A stretch of 63,402 bases of DNA, filler included, from Calcarisporiella thermophila CBS 279.70 (taxonomy: Eukaryota > Fungi > Calcarisporiellomycota): the NCBI RefSeq assembly GCF_041956535.1. It is 12 parts of 11 records of this genome, joined end to end, with 100 filler letters (N's around TTAATTAATTAA, not from the genome) between each part and the next. Parts side by side here need not be neighbours in the genome. Positions count along the whole stretch, not along the records: positions 12,367 to 17,941 come from NW_027192248.1; positions 18,042 to 23,363 come from NW_027192217.1; positions 23,464 to 27,753 come from NW_027192255.1; 9 more parts are not named here. One strand, written 5' to 3'. Position 1 is the stretch's first letter, and each line of letters starts with the position of its first letter. A program made the position numbers and the translations under genes. Below the pieces are notes generated by a model that made no database searches, was not told where the DNA came from, and was given only the letters and a program-made list of their open reading frames with translations. Below, in pieces: positions 14,008 through 26,400 of the stretch.

Positions 14008-14571
14008 GTCACGGATAATCCATACAATATTTCGAGTAAATTATTTAAATCTGCATATGAGAACGTGAATTATCCTTGTAAAAAATGTCTTTTATTATTG
14101 TATGGTGTTTCTCACTAGTAATTCCATTCATTTCTTTATTTTCTGCATAATGCTTTTAATTTTATTTTTTTGGATTTTTCGCCTATTTTCTACGTTACTT
14201 TAGGTGAGATTAATTTATGGATATTTTATTATTGTTATAGGTTTCTAAAAATACAAGGCCTAGCTTCTAAATTTATATTAATTTAGTCTACTCAATATTA
14301 AACCGTTTTATCTTTCGATATCCTCTTGATAACTAGGGTTCTCGCTCAGACTCTTTCGCGTAACTAATAAAAATTATGTGTAGCGATCCGAGATTAAGTA
14401 TGCTAAATTAACAAGGAAAATAAGCGATATATGTCAAGTAGAGATTAGAAGGAAATATCTCACAAAAATAAAGGGTAATCTTAACAAAGCCAACTAAAGT
14501 TCACATAGACTGAGTAGCCTATATGAATCCAATTTTTAACATACTCGAAATATCGTGTGGTATCCATTGAC
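14008..14571. mobile_element. Degenerate MITE-like element with ~35-bp imperfect TIRs
   Basis: GTCACGGATAATCCATACAATATTTCGAGTA vs the reverse complement of TACTCGAAATATCGTGTGGTATCCATTGAC. No clear TSD. Confidence 0.4.
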
Positions 14572-14602
14572 AATATGGTTCAATATATGGCTTTAATCCA
14601 TT

Positions 14603-14718
14603 ACCCGAATTAGGCGACCCGAATTAGGCGACCCGAATTAGGGTGGCCCGAATTAGGAGGCTCGGACCAGTGGGCTCGAATTAATGAGTCCAAAAGACTC
14701 GAATTGGACCCGAATTAC
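14603..14718. repeat. Short tandem repeat, CCCGAATTAGG core, about 7 degenerate copies
   Basis: ACCCGAATTAGGCG twice, followed by variants. Confidence 0.75.
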
Positions 14719-15299
14719 AGGATGTAATGAGACCCAATATACAATTGCCACCGTCGAATTACTTCGAAGTATAAATTATATAGCGTCGTTACAACCACCA
14801 ATCGCCACTATATTCTACCCTTTTTTCTTATGAAAGCGCTGAATTATAGTACACGATCTCCAACTTTTCTAATTGAGGTCTGTTAAAAAAAAAAAAAGCT
14901 GCAAACCAAATAATATTATATGATCTCTTTCTCGTTCAAAAACTCACGAAAGCCATTGTACATTTTTAACACTTTCAAGTGTCAAGTATTTTAATTTACG
15001 GTATAAATGGTCTATTAATTTTTATACTGTACAGGAACCCTCTTGTTCTCAAGTGATATACAATGGTTTGTTTGAAATCATTCGATCGATTTTGGTTCAT
15101 GTGTTTATTAAGACTTCTGATTATTAAAGCCATGCGTTAAATAACCCATCCTACTCTATTTGAATTTAAATGTTTGCTTGTAATTCGAATCATAGGTATT
15201 TACATTAAAGCAGAATTATAAAAAATTAACGCTACTGTATTGTTTAGAATCTTAATATGTGTGTTGGAAATAGTCATTGCAGACACTAATGATAACAAA

Positions 15300-16300
15300 T
15301 AAATCGAAATCCATCGAGTACAGTTTGAGATTTCTGGATATCAGCTTCCTTATCATATACGTGTTTGTAGCAATTTACCCACAGTCAACCACAAAGTATT
15401 GTTTGCGGATCTGATTACACTACACAAAAAGAACTCCATATGAGAACCGTATGAGGGCAGAGTTGATTATCAGTGATAACCCAAGATAGAACGATTCAGC
15501 ATATCGATGTAAATTCTGCTTGGCTGGAATTAGGAAGCATTGAAGTGAAAGGAAGTGCTTGCGAGAGTGAACACACACTAATTCAGCTACTTAAAACCGT
15601 AAGGCTTCTGATGCTTTTATTGCTTGTATCGAACTTTCGCTGATGCTTGAATTTTTTGGCACTCTAATTCAACAAGAAATCTCGGATCCGCATCCAACGA
15701 TGTCGTTTCGTTCAACTGGTAAAACTGCTAGTCTCGGTACGCGGTACAGCATTCGTAAAAGCTTAATACTTGACCCCAGGGTGGAATACCAAAGTCTACT
15801 AAAAACATCGAAAATTGACATTATTGCGTGATCCATAAAACTTCAAGGCGAAATATTCAAACTATCACATCATGCTTACGAAAAATTGGTTAAACTGGCC
15901 TGCTCTACGGCACCCAATCTACTCAGTTGTTTGGCAAAATTACCTAGATCATGTCCACTTGATGTTGTTTATGAGAGCAAGAGTCACGTGGGAGATATTT
16001 TTTTTAGTCTTCATTTACAAATCATTCCCATTTTTTGAATCAGCAATGCTCAGCATTCTAATGGCAATGATCCAGTCGCTGCTTTTTGCGCTCGCTCTAT
16101 GAATTTGCAACAAAAGAGAGGGATTGTGATGCTTTTTGATGTCCTGGGTTTAATCATCCGCTCTGTTATTTCTTCGGTTTGGTGCAAAAGCGGCCGAGGT
16201 AAATAAGAGGACATAAGCCGCAAATTGCGCAGATCGAAATTTGCGCTACTTGCAGAGATTTCTTTTCGGTTCCAAAGGACCTCATCCATTTATTCAGCGG
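15300..16300 (-). pseudogene. Degraded coding remnant, possibly F-box/LRR-like
   Basis: Coding-like composition with many stops; DLRNLRLMS weakly resembles an F-box end. Confidence 0.25.
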
Positions 16301-17198
16301 GGAAGAAGACTATGTCATAGAGTATAGAGGATGTGATAAACGATAAACGAGGTTAAATTATATGAAATACTGTATATTGATTAATCAATCAGTAAAAGGG
16401 TTCATTAAGGCGTTATCTGAGCTTGAAATTTCATCTTAGATGCATAACTCTCTTTTACGAGTTCATGTAGGTAGCTGGATTGGATGTGGGTAGTTGTGAT
16501 TGCTGTACGTAGCGCTAATCGTTGTAGCCTTTTTGGGAGATATAAGATGAAAAATTGAGAAAAATGAGAAAACACAGACTCTTTTGCTTAGGGGGCAGTA
16601 TACATAGAATTTTGAAGTCACATCAATTTGATTTCAGCCAATTTTTCCTATGGTGACCTTTATATAGGATCTCAATATCCAATTTTCTCACCTCTCATCG
16701 ATAAAATTTTTCCCTTCAACCCTTGTGATAAAAAAAATTTTCTCCTTGATCTTAGGCTCCTTCAAGGTGAGTCTCGAATTTATAAAGATATTTAGCATGA
16801 TGACTAACCCTCACATCCCACTATAGTGTGCTTACCCTCCTTTATTTCTTATATTACTCTCCTTGGATAATTTACTTCTCATTACCTTTTCATAATTCTT
16901 TTACCCTTAAACGTGAGTTTCAAGTCTACAGGAATAATTTATTTAACACACTAACTCACGTGTCTCATTATTCTAGTAAACTATATACTAGTTCTCTTAC
17001 CATTCGCCGCTTCTCTTCGATAACAACTTCATCTTTTCTTAATTTCCTTCAAGGTGAGTTTCAAAACTACGCTGCTTAAATTAATACATTATTCTCATAT
17101 CATAACTTAAAACAAAATCACCCTTGTTGTACATAATCAAATCCTAGACACTTTAATTAATCTTCATCTTTTCTTAATTTCCTTCAAGATTTTCAAAT

Positions 17199-17941
17199 AT
17201 GACCAATTCTGAAACCGAGTTCCAATCCTCTCTAATGTCGACGTTCCGGCTTAAGCGAGTCGATGTCAACTGCAGCAAATGCGGAGCTCTTGATTCTCTG
17301 GACATCAATGCCGACGGTCATGGGAATAAGTACTTCCGCTGCAACAAAGGATGCAAAGAATCCACCCATCGCTATGTCATGGCGCACATTCTGGGTATTC
17401 CCATTCCGGAAAATGCAAGGATTGTGAAGTCAGTGGCAAAGGCGATTAAAGCCGTGCCCAAGGAGTACCTCCAAGCACATCGCCCTCCGGCCACGGCTCA
17501 CGCGCGCACACTGGATGCAAGCATATCCAGCTCAGATAATACCCCAGCTCCAACCACCAGCCATGCCGAGATTGCTACCGCGGAAGCATCTTCTCCCCCT
17601 TCTACTCCAATATCCGCTTCTTCCCCCGGTATGCTCGCGGAGTCCGATTCGGAGGAGGAAGAAACAGGCGTGGAGAGGATCAACGACTCCTCCCAGCCCT
17701 CTAGTAAGAGAAAGGCAATTGCAGTGGAATCCTCGCCCGAGCCAACCGGCTCTTCCACCTGGAAGCAAGTGGAGAGTAAAAGAGCGAAATTGATAGAAAA
17801 ACTGGCGGAAGAAAACTCATCCCTTAGCCGGCAGAACGCTGCGCTCCAGAGTCAACTTCAAATCCTGGCAGAACGAATGGAACACATGGCCAGGGAGTTA
17901 CAAGAACTTCGGGCCAACCCACCTCGAGCTGCTTCCACCCC
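17199..17941 (+). CDS. Zn-ribbon / low-complexity / coiled-coil protein, probably a retroelement ORF1/gag; truncated at contig end
   Basis: CSKC...CNKGC, S/P/E-rich linker, coiled coil. GC-rich, and runs into a contig break. Confidence 0.5.
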
Positions 17942-18041
17942 NNNNNNNNNNNNNNNNNNNNNNNNNNNNNNNNNNNNNNNNNNNNTTAATTAATTAANNN
18001 NNNNNNNNNNNNNNNNNNNNNNNNNNNNNNNNNNNNNNNNN

Positions 18042-18110
18042 TTTTAAAAGCTTAGGGATAGCTAGAGGATTGTCGGGATAGACCTTATTAGACATATATT
18101 CGACTCAACA
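18042..18110 (-). mobile_element. LTR3 terminus 16 bp upstream of tRNA-Gly
   Basis: Ends ..TCAACA; homologous to 10195-10260. Confidence 0.65.
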
Positions 18111-18126
18111 ATTCAACAAATAGCAA

Positions 18127-18197
18127 GCATGGTTGGTTTAGTGGTATAATTGCCGCCTGCCACGCGGCAGACCCGGGTTCGATTCCCGGACCATGCA
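18127..18197 (+). tRNA. trnG-GCC: tRNA-Gly(GCC)
   Basis: GCATGGT/ACCATGC acceptor, GCCGC-CTGCCAC-GCGGC anticodon arm, GGTTCGATTCC. Confidence 0.95.
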
Positions 18198-19043
18198 TTT
18201 AGTTTTTCTAATTTTTCACAATTATAGAAACTATTTATAAGTAATTTAAATAATACACAATTTCTTGGATTGTGAGAGGGATTAGCTTAAAAGGGATCTG
18301 TGGGGTAGAGGAGTACGATGAGCTTTATACTTATAGTTAAGATATTTTTCTTATTTTTTTATTTTTTTTTCTTAGTATTCACTACTACTATTCAATCTTT
18401 AATTCACTTATTTATTTTTAAATATATACACAAAAAGCACCACATAATTAATATCGTGGTTATTATTTAATAGAGAAGATTTTTCTTTAATTACGCAAAT
18501 TGGTTGCTGACTGGGAGTAGTAATAATATGACCTTCTTATTTGTCGTTATAACAAATAAGTATGTTTTTGACTACTTGAATCTAAATTCCAAAATGCCCT
18601 CTGTATGATTAAAAGCATTTATAATGGAATTATTATGTATACTACAAAGTTAACGCGCGTCTTTCAACAGTTGTACAATTTTTTAACAGATCATTCTCTA
18701 TACGGGTGCGATTGTACATCTACATTCCATCAGAGTGATTAGAATAGTTGTAATAATTTAATGGCATAATAAATGGGAGGTAAAACATAAAATTTTGAAA
18801 TTCTGTAGAATAAAATCGTTGCTCGTATCGAATCGAAATAAAAAATTTGTGGCTTTATCGCAATTTGGTCATTTGATACTAAAAATTATAAAAATCATAT
18901 GCTTAGACTTCCAGAACAGCGGAAATATTGCATTTTTTTATTTCACATCTCATTTTCAAAACATTATTGCTTATCCTCGCTCATTTCTCCACATTATTGA
19001 TCAAAACCATTAAACCCCGCATTCGCACCAACATTTTACAAAC

Positions 19044-20259
19044 ATGGGTAATTTAAATTCCAATCCAACACAAGATAACACTCTTTACGACACTTGGCCC
19101 TCAGTGCTCTCTACCCCACTTCCGCCCCTGCCTTCTCCGGCACGAGAGGATCCCTCCTCCAAAAAAAGTTTCTTTGCTACCGCACAACTTCTCTCTCCAC
19201 CAACTGCAGCAGAAAAAAGTAAATCATTAACGCCAACACCATTGTTCTTGCGCTCGCGGCCAAAAGATATAGATAGTGGAGATGAAGTCGATTCTCCTTC
19301 GTTACTATCTATACACAGTGAATCACCATTAACCCCCAAAATGCCAATTACACCGCCGGGAGTAATGCCTCATGATAATCATATGAATAAAGAGAAAGAC
19401 TTTCACTTAGGCCATACTGAGTATTCGGGAGGAACGGACGAGAAGAAAAATTTCCAAGGGAAATCACAAGAGGTTACCGTACCCACATTGATTCATTGGA
19501 ATGGAGGAGGGAATAACGTATTTGTAACGGGATCTTTTAACGAGTGGCGATATAAAATCCCCCTTGTGAAAAGGTATAGCTATCAATGTTCATCATGGAT
19601 TGACATCTTTGACAGTTACATAAATTTTTGCTTACACGATCATCTCAAATAGTACAACGGATTTTTTAACAGTGCTAGAGCTCCCTCCGGGTACACACCG
19701 CCTCAAATTTGTAGTTGATGACGAATGGCAATGCAACTCTGAGCTTGATGAGGCAACCGACGCGGGAGGACATCTTGTCAACTTTATTCATGTGCCTCTG
19801 CCCGGCGAAGATGGCCACGATTTTGGTTCATTCGACTCGACAATAATATCTCCACTTGAATTACGTGGTTGGGAACGAGAACAAGAAGATGAGGAAGGAT
19901 ATTCTCGAGAAATACCTGCTTATCTATTACCTAGAGGAGAAGGCGGCCCTGAGGCAGAAGAGGGACGACGAAAGGTCTACGGAAAGAAGCCTACTTCATT
20001 ACCCCGTCATTTTGAAAAAGTTATGCTCAACAAGCATACGTTCAAAAATCATAGCAACCGTGATGATGTAGAAGAAGAACGAGTAGATAGCGAAGGAGAA
20101 ACAGAAGAAAGAGATGCAAGCGTGTTACCAGTACCAGCCCATGTAACGCTTAATCATCTGTATACAAGCTCAGTAAGAGACGGGGTCGTAGCTCTGGGGA
20201 TGACGGTGCGGTATCATCGCAAACACATAACGACCATGTATTATAGGCCGTTAAATTGA
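19044..20259 (+). CDS. SNF1/AMPK beta subunit (Sip1/Sip2/Gal83-like), intron 19574-19652
   Basis: N-terminal MGN myristoylation site, CBM48 (WNGGGNNVFVTGSFNEW, GTHRLKFVVDDEW), ASC domain (LPVPAHVTLNHLYTSS..RYHRKHITTMYYRP). Confidence 0.92.
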
Positions 20260-21839
20260 TTTATTTTTATACGCAAAATCAAAATAACTTTTGTACCTCA
20301 TTCTATGTATATTTCGCTCTTTTTTATTTTTTTATTGACAAACGCCTAACTGAATTCACTTGTATTATACGAAATTTTCATGTACCATAATTATTATCTC
20401 TTAATTTTCGCCCTAAATTTTTTTTTATTCTCCATGCGATAATATAAATATAAGTTAACCCATATTAATTGAATTTTGTCTTGTCACTTATACAGGTAAA
20501 AGTACATTCAGTTCACTATTCTGGTTTTGGAGTCCGATAAAATGTGAAGAGGCACTCCAGCTAACGACTCATTAATGATATCCAACCAGCTATCTCCACT
20601 CAAGGGGAAAATAAAATATTCTCTGATTAAATTAAGAAATGAACTAAGACAATTCTTACGGGCTTTTGATGAACCATACAAATATCAGGAGCAGACACTC
20701 AAAATCATTCTCGGAGGTAGTACAAAATGACCAGATGGAGAGAGTGAGGGATGAGTACTTTTACTTATACTTTTATTTCAAATATAATCTCTTATTTTAA
20801 ACTAATCTACTTTTTTTACCAAGAGCAAAGCTTTGAGTGTCACACTTATTATACATCATTTACTTTTTTGCGATGATAACGCGATTGCAGAATATTGCTA
20901 CTGTAATACTATTTTTTATCTATTCTTTTTATATATTTTTTCAAGCTTATATATAAAGTTGTCATGTAATTCGAAAAAAAGGAGCAATATAAATTTTTCG
21001 TACTTTTTGGAGCATTCTAGCGCACCCTCCACTTCCTCTAATATTCCTCATAACCTTTCTGGGGCCTCAGATAGTAAAACAAATAAGCTCATCCATTTTT
21101 TCAACCAAATATAATACTCAACTCCGAGGAAAGTTAACAATCAATCTAGCAGAAAGTCACTTGATTACTACTATTCCCTGGTAAGGCATGTTTAACCTAA
21201 ACTTAAGTGCACCCATTATAAACCAGGTTCCCCATTTTTTGTGAAAATGATGCTTTTGTTGGTTTGATTTGGTACAGGAGCTCATTTGTCGCTAGTAAAT
21301 GAAATCAAGATGCACATTCTGGGCTATCTCTAGCGCCTATTAATTTGAATAAGATCTCCTTCGTCATATCTGTGCTGCATACTGTAAGATGTCGTTCTAG
21401 ATTGGACACGCTCTCGGTCAGGTTGGTTGTCACCTAATCGCTTCAGCAGGATATGCATTTCTGACACAAACAACTCCTCTAGCTTACCCAGCTGTGAATA
21501 TCCGGTTTTCCTCGCCATTCTCCTCACCTTTCGAAGTTCCGTTTTATAATGTTTAAGGAAAGTCGATTGTAATTTCAGACAGTTTTTTTTTAACACGGTT
21601 TCTCACTATGAATCACCATTTCCACATTACAGTTCTGTTGCCATAACAAAATATAATAATTAGATTCAATTATATAACTGGTTTACTAATATGACTAAGG
21701 AATAAATTGTTTTTTATATGGACCTATTGAATAAGCCCTGGGTAGTTAAGGGATAGTGTAGACTACTACACCAAAATCGCCGAGGTTATGCTCCATGCCT
21801 ACCCTGGATATGGAATTATAACTTATGCTAAGTCCTTAG

Positions 21840-22151
21840 TTTATTTTTAACAAAAGATCTCTATTGAAAAGCCTCCTATATATGTTAGGTTAGGACAGAC
21901 TTCTACGTCAAAATCACCCAGGTACTGCCCCTGGCCTCCCATTTTTCTGGCTGGATTTCTCCTAAGGATTTTTGCTACCTATTTTTGTAGCCGCTTGATA
22001 TTACTTGCTTGTTGCTAAACTATTGATAGCGGTTAAGTTTTGAGAAAGACTCGGCAAACTCTCATGGAATGTTGTCGCCTACGGGAATCGAACCCGCAAC
22101 CCTATTGATTCGGCTCCGGGGCCCAAAACCATTACGCTAACCAAGAGCGAC
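21840..22151 (-). mobile_element. tRNA-derived SINE family C, full length
   Basis: Head with A box TAGCGTAATGG and B box GGTTCGATTCC. Tail contains CTTCTACGTCAAAATCACCCAGGTA, shared with LINE-A. Confidence 0.85.
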
Positions 22152-22614
22152 GGGGGGGGGGGGGGGATATTTTTTTGTTACGGGCGAAAGGAGATACGTG
22201 TGGAGGGGGGTCCGGATCCTGATTAAAATGCGAGATTTATCTTACTAATTCAGGGAACTGAAAAGTATCCTCATGAAGTTAATCGTTGAAGGTGAATCAT
22301 AGGTCATATGCCTTTTTGCATATTATAGCAAATTGCTGGCAGAAGTTAGAGAACAATTAATAAACAGTAATAGTAGAGTAATCAAACACGACAAGCAGAG
22401 AAAACCAGACACGACAGGGATGGCAAGCGAGGGACAGTAATGAGAGACAGTAACAATGGAAAGTCCAGGGCGACAAGACAGAGGCAATACTGATGGAAGA
22501 GCCAGACACGACAGAACGGAGAGAGTTATTGTAGTTATTGTATTGAACCAGACTGGAAAAGACAGTTAATACTAATAGAGAACATAGACACGACAAGCGT
22601 ATCGCGCTTCCTGA

Positions 22615-22748
22615 TTTTTTTTTTAAGGATCTTTATTATAAAGTATCCTTTTTTGCTAGTAAAGGAATTTGATAGATATTAAAATGTCAGAAAACCTGCA
22701 ATACATGTAAGAAACGATAGATAGTGTGAACACCTTATTTTTCAAGGA
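22615..22748 (-). mobile_element. Short 3' tail of a family-B non-LTR element
   Basis: T-run plus GGATCTTTATT..AAGTATCC..AATACATGTA, homologous to 53620-53755; flanked by TSDs. Confidence 0.75.
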
Positions 22749-22763
22749 GTATCGTGCTTCCTG

Positions 22764-23036
22764 TTTTTTTTTTTTGGAGATTAAAGGATCTTTTATTGAA
22801 AAGTCTCCTATACAAGTTAACTGCAAGGATTGTACACTCCTTCTACCATTTCTTACATGTATTGCTTTGTTTTCTGATGACTACCAATATCAAATGACTA
22901 ACGAAGTATCTTATTGCCCGGTTCCTAGTGTATGTCCCGAACCCATCTCTAGTACTGGTGCCGTCGCCGGGAATCGAACCCAGCACACACTGGTTAAGCA
23001 CCGGGTCTCTTAACCACTGTGCCATCCAAGGACGGT
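22764..23036 (-). mobile_element. tRNA-derived SINE family D
   Basis: A box TGGCACAGTGG, B box GGTTCGATTCC, polyA, family-B terminal GAGATTAAAGGATCTTTTATTGAAAAG, TSDs. Confidence 0.8.
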
Positions 23037-23057
23037 GTATCGTATTTCCTGAATGAT

Positions 23058-23272
23058 ATTTTTTGGATCAATCAACGGAGACTTTTATTAGTTTCCGTAG
23101 CTTACAAGAGTTTAATGATTAAAATGAAATAAGAAAGGGGGGAATAAAGGGTAAATTAGATGTATATAGTGATCGGGTATTTAGTGAAAGGTATGAAGTA
23201 AAGAGGAGGGGACGAGGGGAGGAGGGAAAGAGCGGACTGGGAGAGAGGAAGGGTTGCTTCGTCACTCCAGTT
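23058..23272 (-). mobile_element. LINE family C 3' fragment with TSD
   Basis: Matches the other LINE-C tails; flanked by TCGTA(T/C)TTCCTGAATGAT. Confidence 0.88.
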
Positions 23273-23479
23273 TCGTACTTCCTGAATGATTACGTGACTG
23301 CCTATTTGACTTCCCGACACTAAGATCCATTATCTTGTAACATATCATGTTGTGAGGAATTGGNNNNNNNNNNNNNNNNNNNNNNNNNNNNNNNNNNNNN
23401 NNNNNNNTTAATTAATTAANNNNNNNNNNNNNNNNNNNNNNNNNNNNNNNNNNNNNNNNNNNNCTATAATATTTTCACC

Positions 23480-26400
23480 ATGGATCATGCTGCTATTGGA
23501 AACCTCATTAATTCTGTTCATGAGTTGGCTCGGAGTGGTCGTGAACTGATGGATCACGTCAAGAAAGCTCCAGAGCAGGCGGAACGGGAGGAGAGGCATG
23601 GGTTACCTACTGTTGGTAGTATACCTGTATTCCGAGGGACACCCGAGGAAGACCCAAACGAGTGGATCTTCAGGATGGAAAGTTATTTCAAGGCTCGGAA
23701 CGTCGCTGATGATAGAAAGGTTCCATTTGCTACTACACTTTTGGACGGAGCAGCTTTGCACTGGTATCGCATAAAGTCGGGCGATTCAGTCAATGTACCG
23801 TGGAGTGAGTTTGCTCAAGGTTTGAGGAGAAATTTTGAGAACCGCGAGTATAGACATGTACTGCGTGGCCAGTTGAAGAGATTGAAACAGGGAGACTCGA
23901 TCATGGAATATATTACAAAGTTCCAGGAATATACACGTCGACTTCATTTGTCGGAGGACGAGGCAGTCGATCGATTCATCGATGGTCTAAAACCTCATTG
24001 CCGCATTGCAGTTCGGCTAAGATATCCTGAAAGTTTGGAGGAGGCAGTGGCAATTGCATCCAGGCATGAGACGGCTACAGCGCCTATCCATAGATCAGCT
24101 CTCCAAGGACCGGTATCCAGGAAAGGATATGATAATGCTGGTGGGGATCCAATGGATCTGTCGACAATTAATGTTGTCAAGGGACCTAGGCGGAAGATGA
24201 CAGAGGAGGAGGTGCGTTGTCGTCAGCAACGTCTCTGTTTCTTTTGTAAGAAACCGGGTCATATGAAAAGGAACTGTCCAAGCAAAGGGCAGAGGGCACC
24301 AGCAACCATAGCTTTAATGACAACAAGGAAAACGGAAAACTCGAATACTGAACCGGTGATTTGCCAGGAATCGGCAAAGGAAAAAGACGAAGACTCTTCT
24401 GACAATCTTCAATCTTTTGAATGCGAATCTCCGAGGAGTACTGCAACACTGTTAGAGATTCGGGAACCTCGCGTTGAAGAGCAAGGTAGTGCAATTTCAA
24501 CGGAGCCACTTATGATAGTACCGGCAAGAGTAAAGCAAAGACAGGTTAATGTCTTGGTTGATTCGGGTTCAACAAATGACTACGTTTCGGAACGGGTAGT
24601 CAAGGAATGCGAACTTCCCAGGAGACGGGAATCAACAAGTCGGTTAGTTTCGGTCGCTAACGGTAACACAATTAGAGTACGGGACAGCGCTAGTTTCAAT
24701 CTTGATTTTAAGGAAACAAGCCATCGAATTACTGCGCTAGTACTTCCTAACAGCAAGTTTGATATAATTCTTGGAAGGCCATGGTTGAAAGAACACAATC
24801 CAGAGATTGATTGGCGAGCTAATATCGTCCAGATTAGATCAACGGAACAGAAACAACGTCTCGAACCAAGAAAAACATGCAAGGATCTAGAGCAAGATTC
24901 ATATCTCAATTATGTGATCTCTAGACATGCTACGAATAAGTTGGCCAGGAAAGGAGCTCAACTTTTCGCCGCATTCTTAGTCCCACCAAAGATTACGAAC
25001 AGTGAGCAGTGTCCGATGGAAATACAGCATATATTGCAAGAGTTTTTGGGAACTGTATTTCGCGATGAACTGCCAGCAAGTCTACCTCCACGACGGGAGA
25101 TAGATCACAGAATTGATACGAGAGACGCTCAGCCTGTGTCACGAGCACCGTATCGTATGAGCCCTTTGGAGTTGGATGTCATGCGAAAACAACTAGATGA
25201 ACTCCTAGAAAAAGGCTACATACGACCGAGTGCATCACCGTGGGGAGCACCTGTCTTATTCGTCAAGAAGAAAGACGGAGATTTGCGCATGTGTGTTGAT
25301 TACCGTGCTTTGAACAACTTAACGGTGAAGAACAAGTATCCGTTGCCAAGGATAGACGAATGCTTTGACAGACTAGCCGGCGCTCGCATCTTTTCAAAGT
25401 TAGATTTGAAGTCAGGTTACCATCAGATACGAGTACATCCTGACGACGTCCATAAAACTGCATTTAACACGCGATATGGACAATTTGAATTTTTAGTATT
25501 ACCATTCGGGTTAACCAATGCACCGCCAACTTTCCAGGCCCTAATGAACAGCATTCTTAGGCCGTTCCTGGATAAGTTTGTATTGGTATACCTCGATGAT
25601 ATACTAATATTCAGTCGAGATTTAAGGGAACATAAGGAGCACTTGCGAATGGTATTGAACTCACTTCAGGAGCACCAGTTGATCGCAAATTTGAAGAAAT
25701 GTACGTTTGCTCAAAAGCAACTCGAATTCGTGGGACATATTATTTCAGATCAAGGAATATCAGTTGATCCGGGAAAAGTCAGGGCTATTCGAGAGTGGAC
25801 ACGTCCAACTTCAGTGCATGAACTTCGTCAATTTCTGGGCCTTGCATCTTACTATCGACGGTTCATTGCAGGATTTGCCAAGATTGCAGCACCACTCACG
25901 AATTTGTTGAAAGGAAATAATCGAGACATCTCGTGGGGACCAAAGGAGGAGATCGCCTTTTATACGTTAAAAGACGCACTATGTAGCACTCCAGTATTAA
26001 GTCCACCAGACCCCTCGTTGCCGTACGAAGTCGCAACAGATGCATCAGATTATGCAGTTGGAGCAGTGTTGACGCAGGACCAAGGACGCGGAATGCAACC
26101 GATTGCATTTGAATCAAGGAAGTTAACACCAGCTGAACAGAACTATCCGACGCACGAGAGGGAACTTCTTGCGATCGTTCACGCGTTAAAAGTTTGGAGA
26201 TGTTACCTAGAGGGACAGCACTTTGTTGTCAGAACCGACCATCGTTCTTTGAAGCATCTCCAACGGCAGAAGAAATTGTCTCGAAGAATGGCAAGGTGGA
26301 TGGAGGAATTGCAGGAATACGACTTTACAATCGAATATCGACCAGGGAGCATGATGACAGTTGCAGACGCGTTATCTCGACGACGTGACCTTCCGGAACC

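Larger units (their letters stand above)
22176..23342 (-). mobile_element. LTR (TGTTA..TAACA) interrupted by three nested non-LTR insertions
   Basis: Left end is homologous to the LTR2 end and right end to the LTR1 start. Four copies of the target GTATCG(CG)CTTCCTGA lie inside. Confidence 0.75.

Noticed and set aside
21300-21600. Possible endogenous viral or gene fragment
   Set aside because: Short, with no recognisable motif.
22599-23290. CRISPR-like repeat-spacer array
   Set aside because: Eukaryotic context, no cas genes, and the spacers are polyA-tailed retroelements. The repeats are TSDs.
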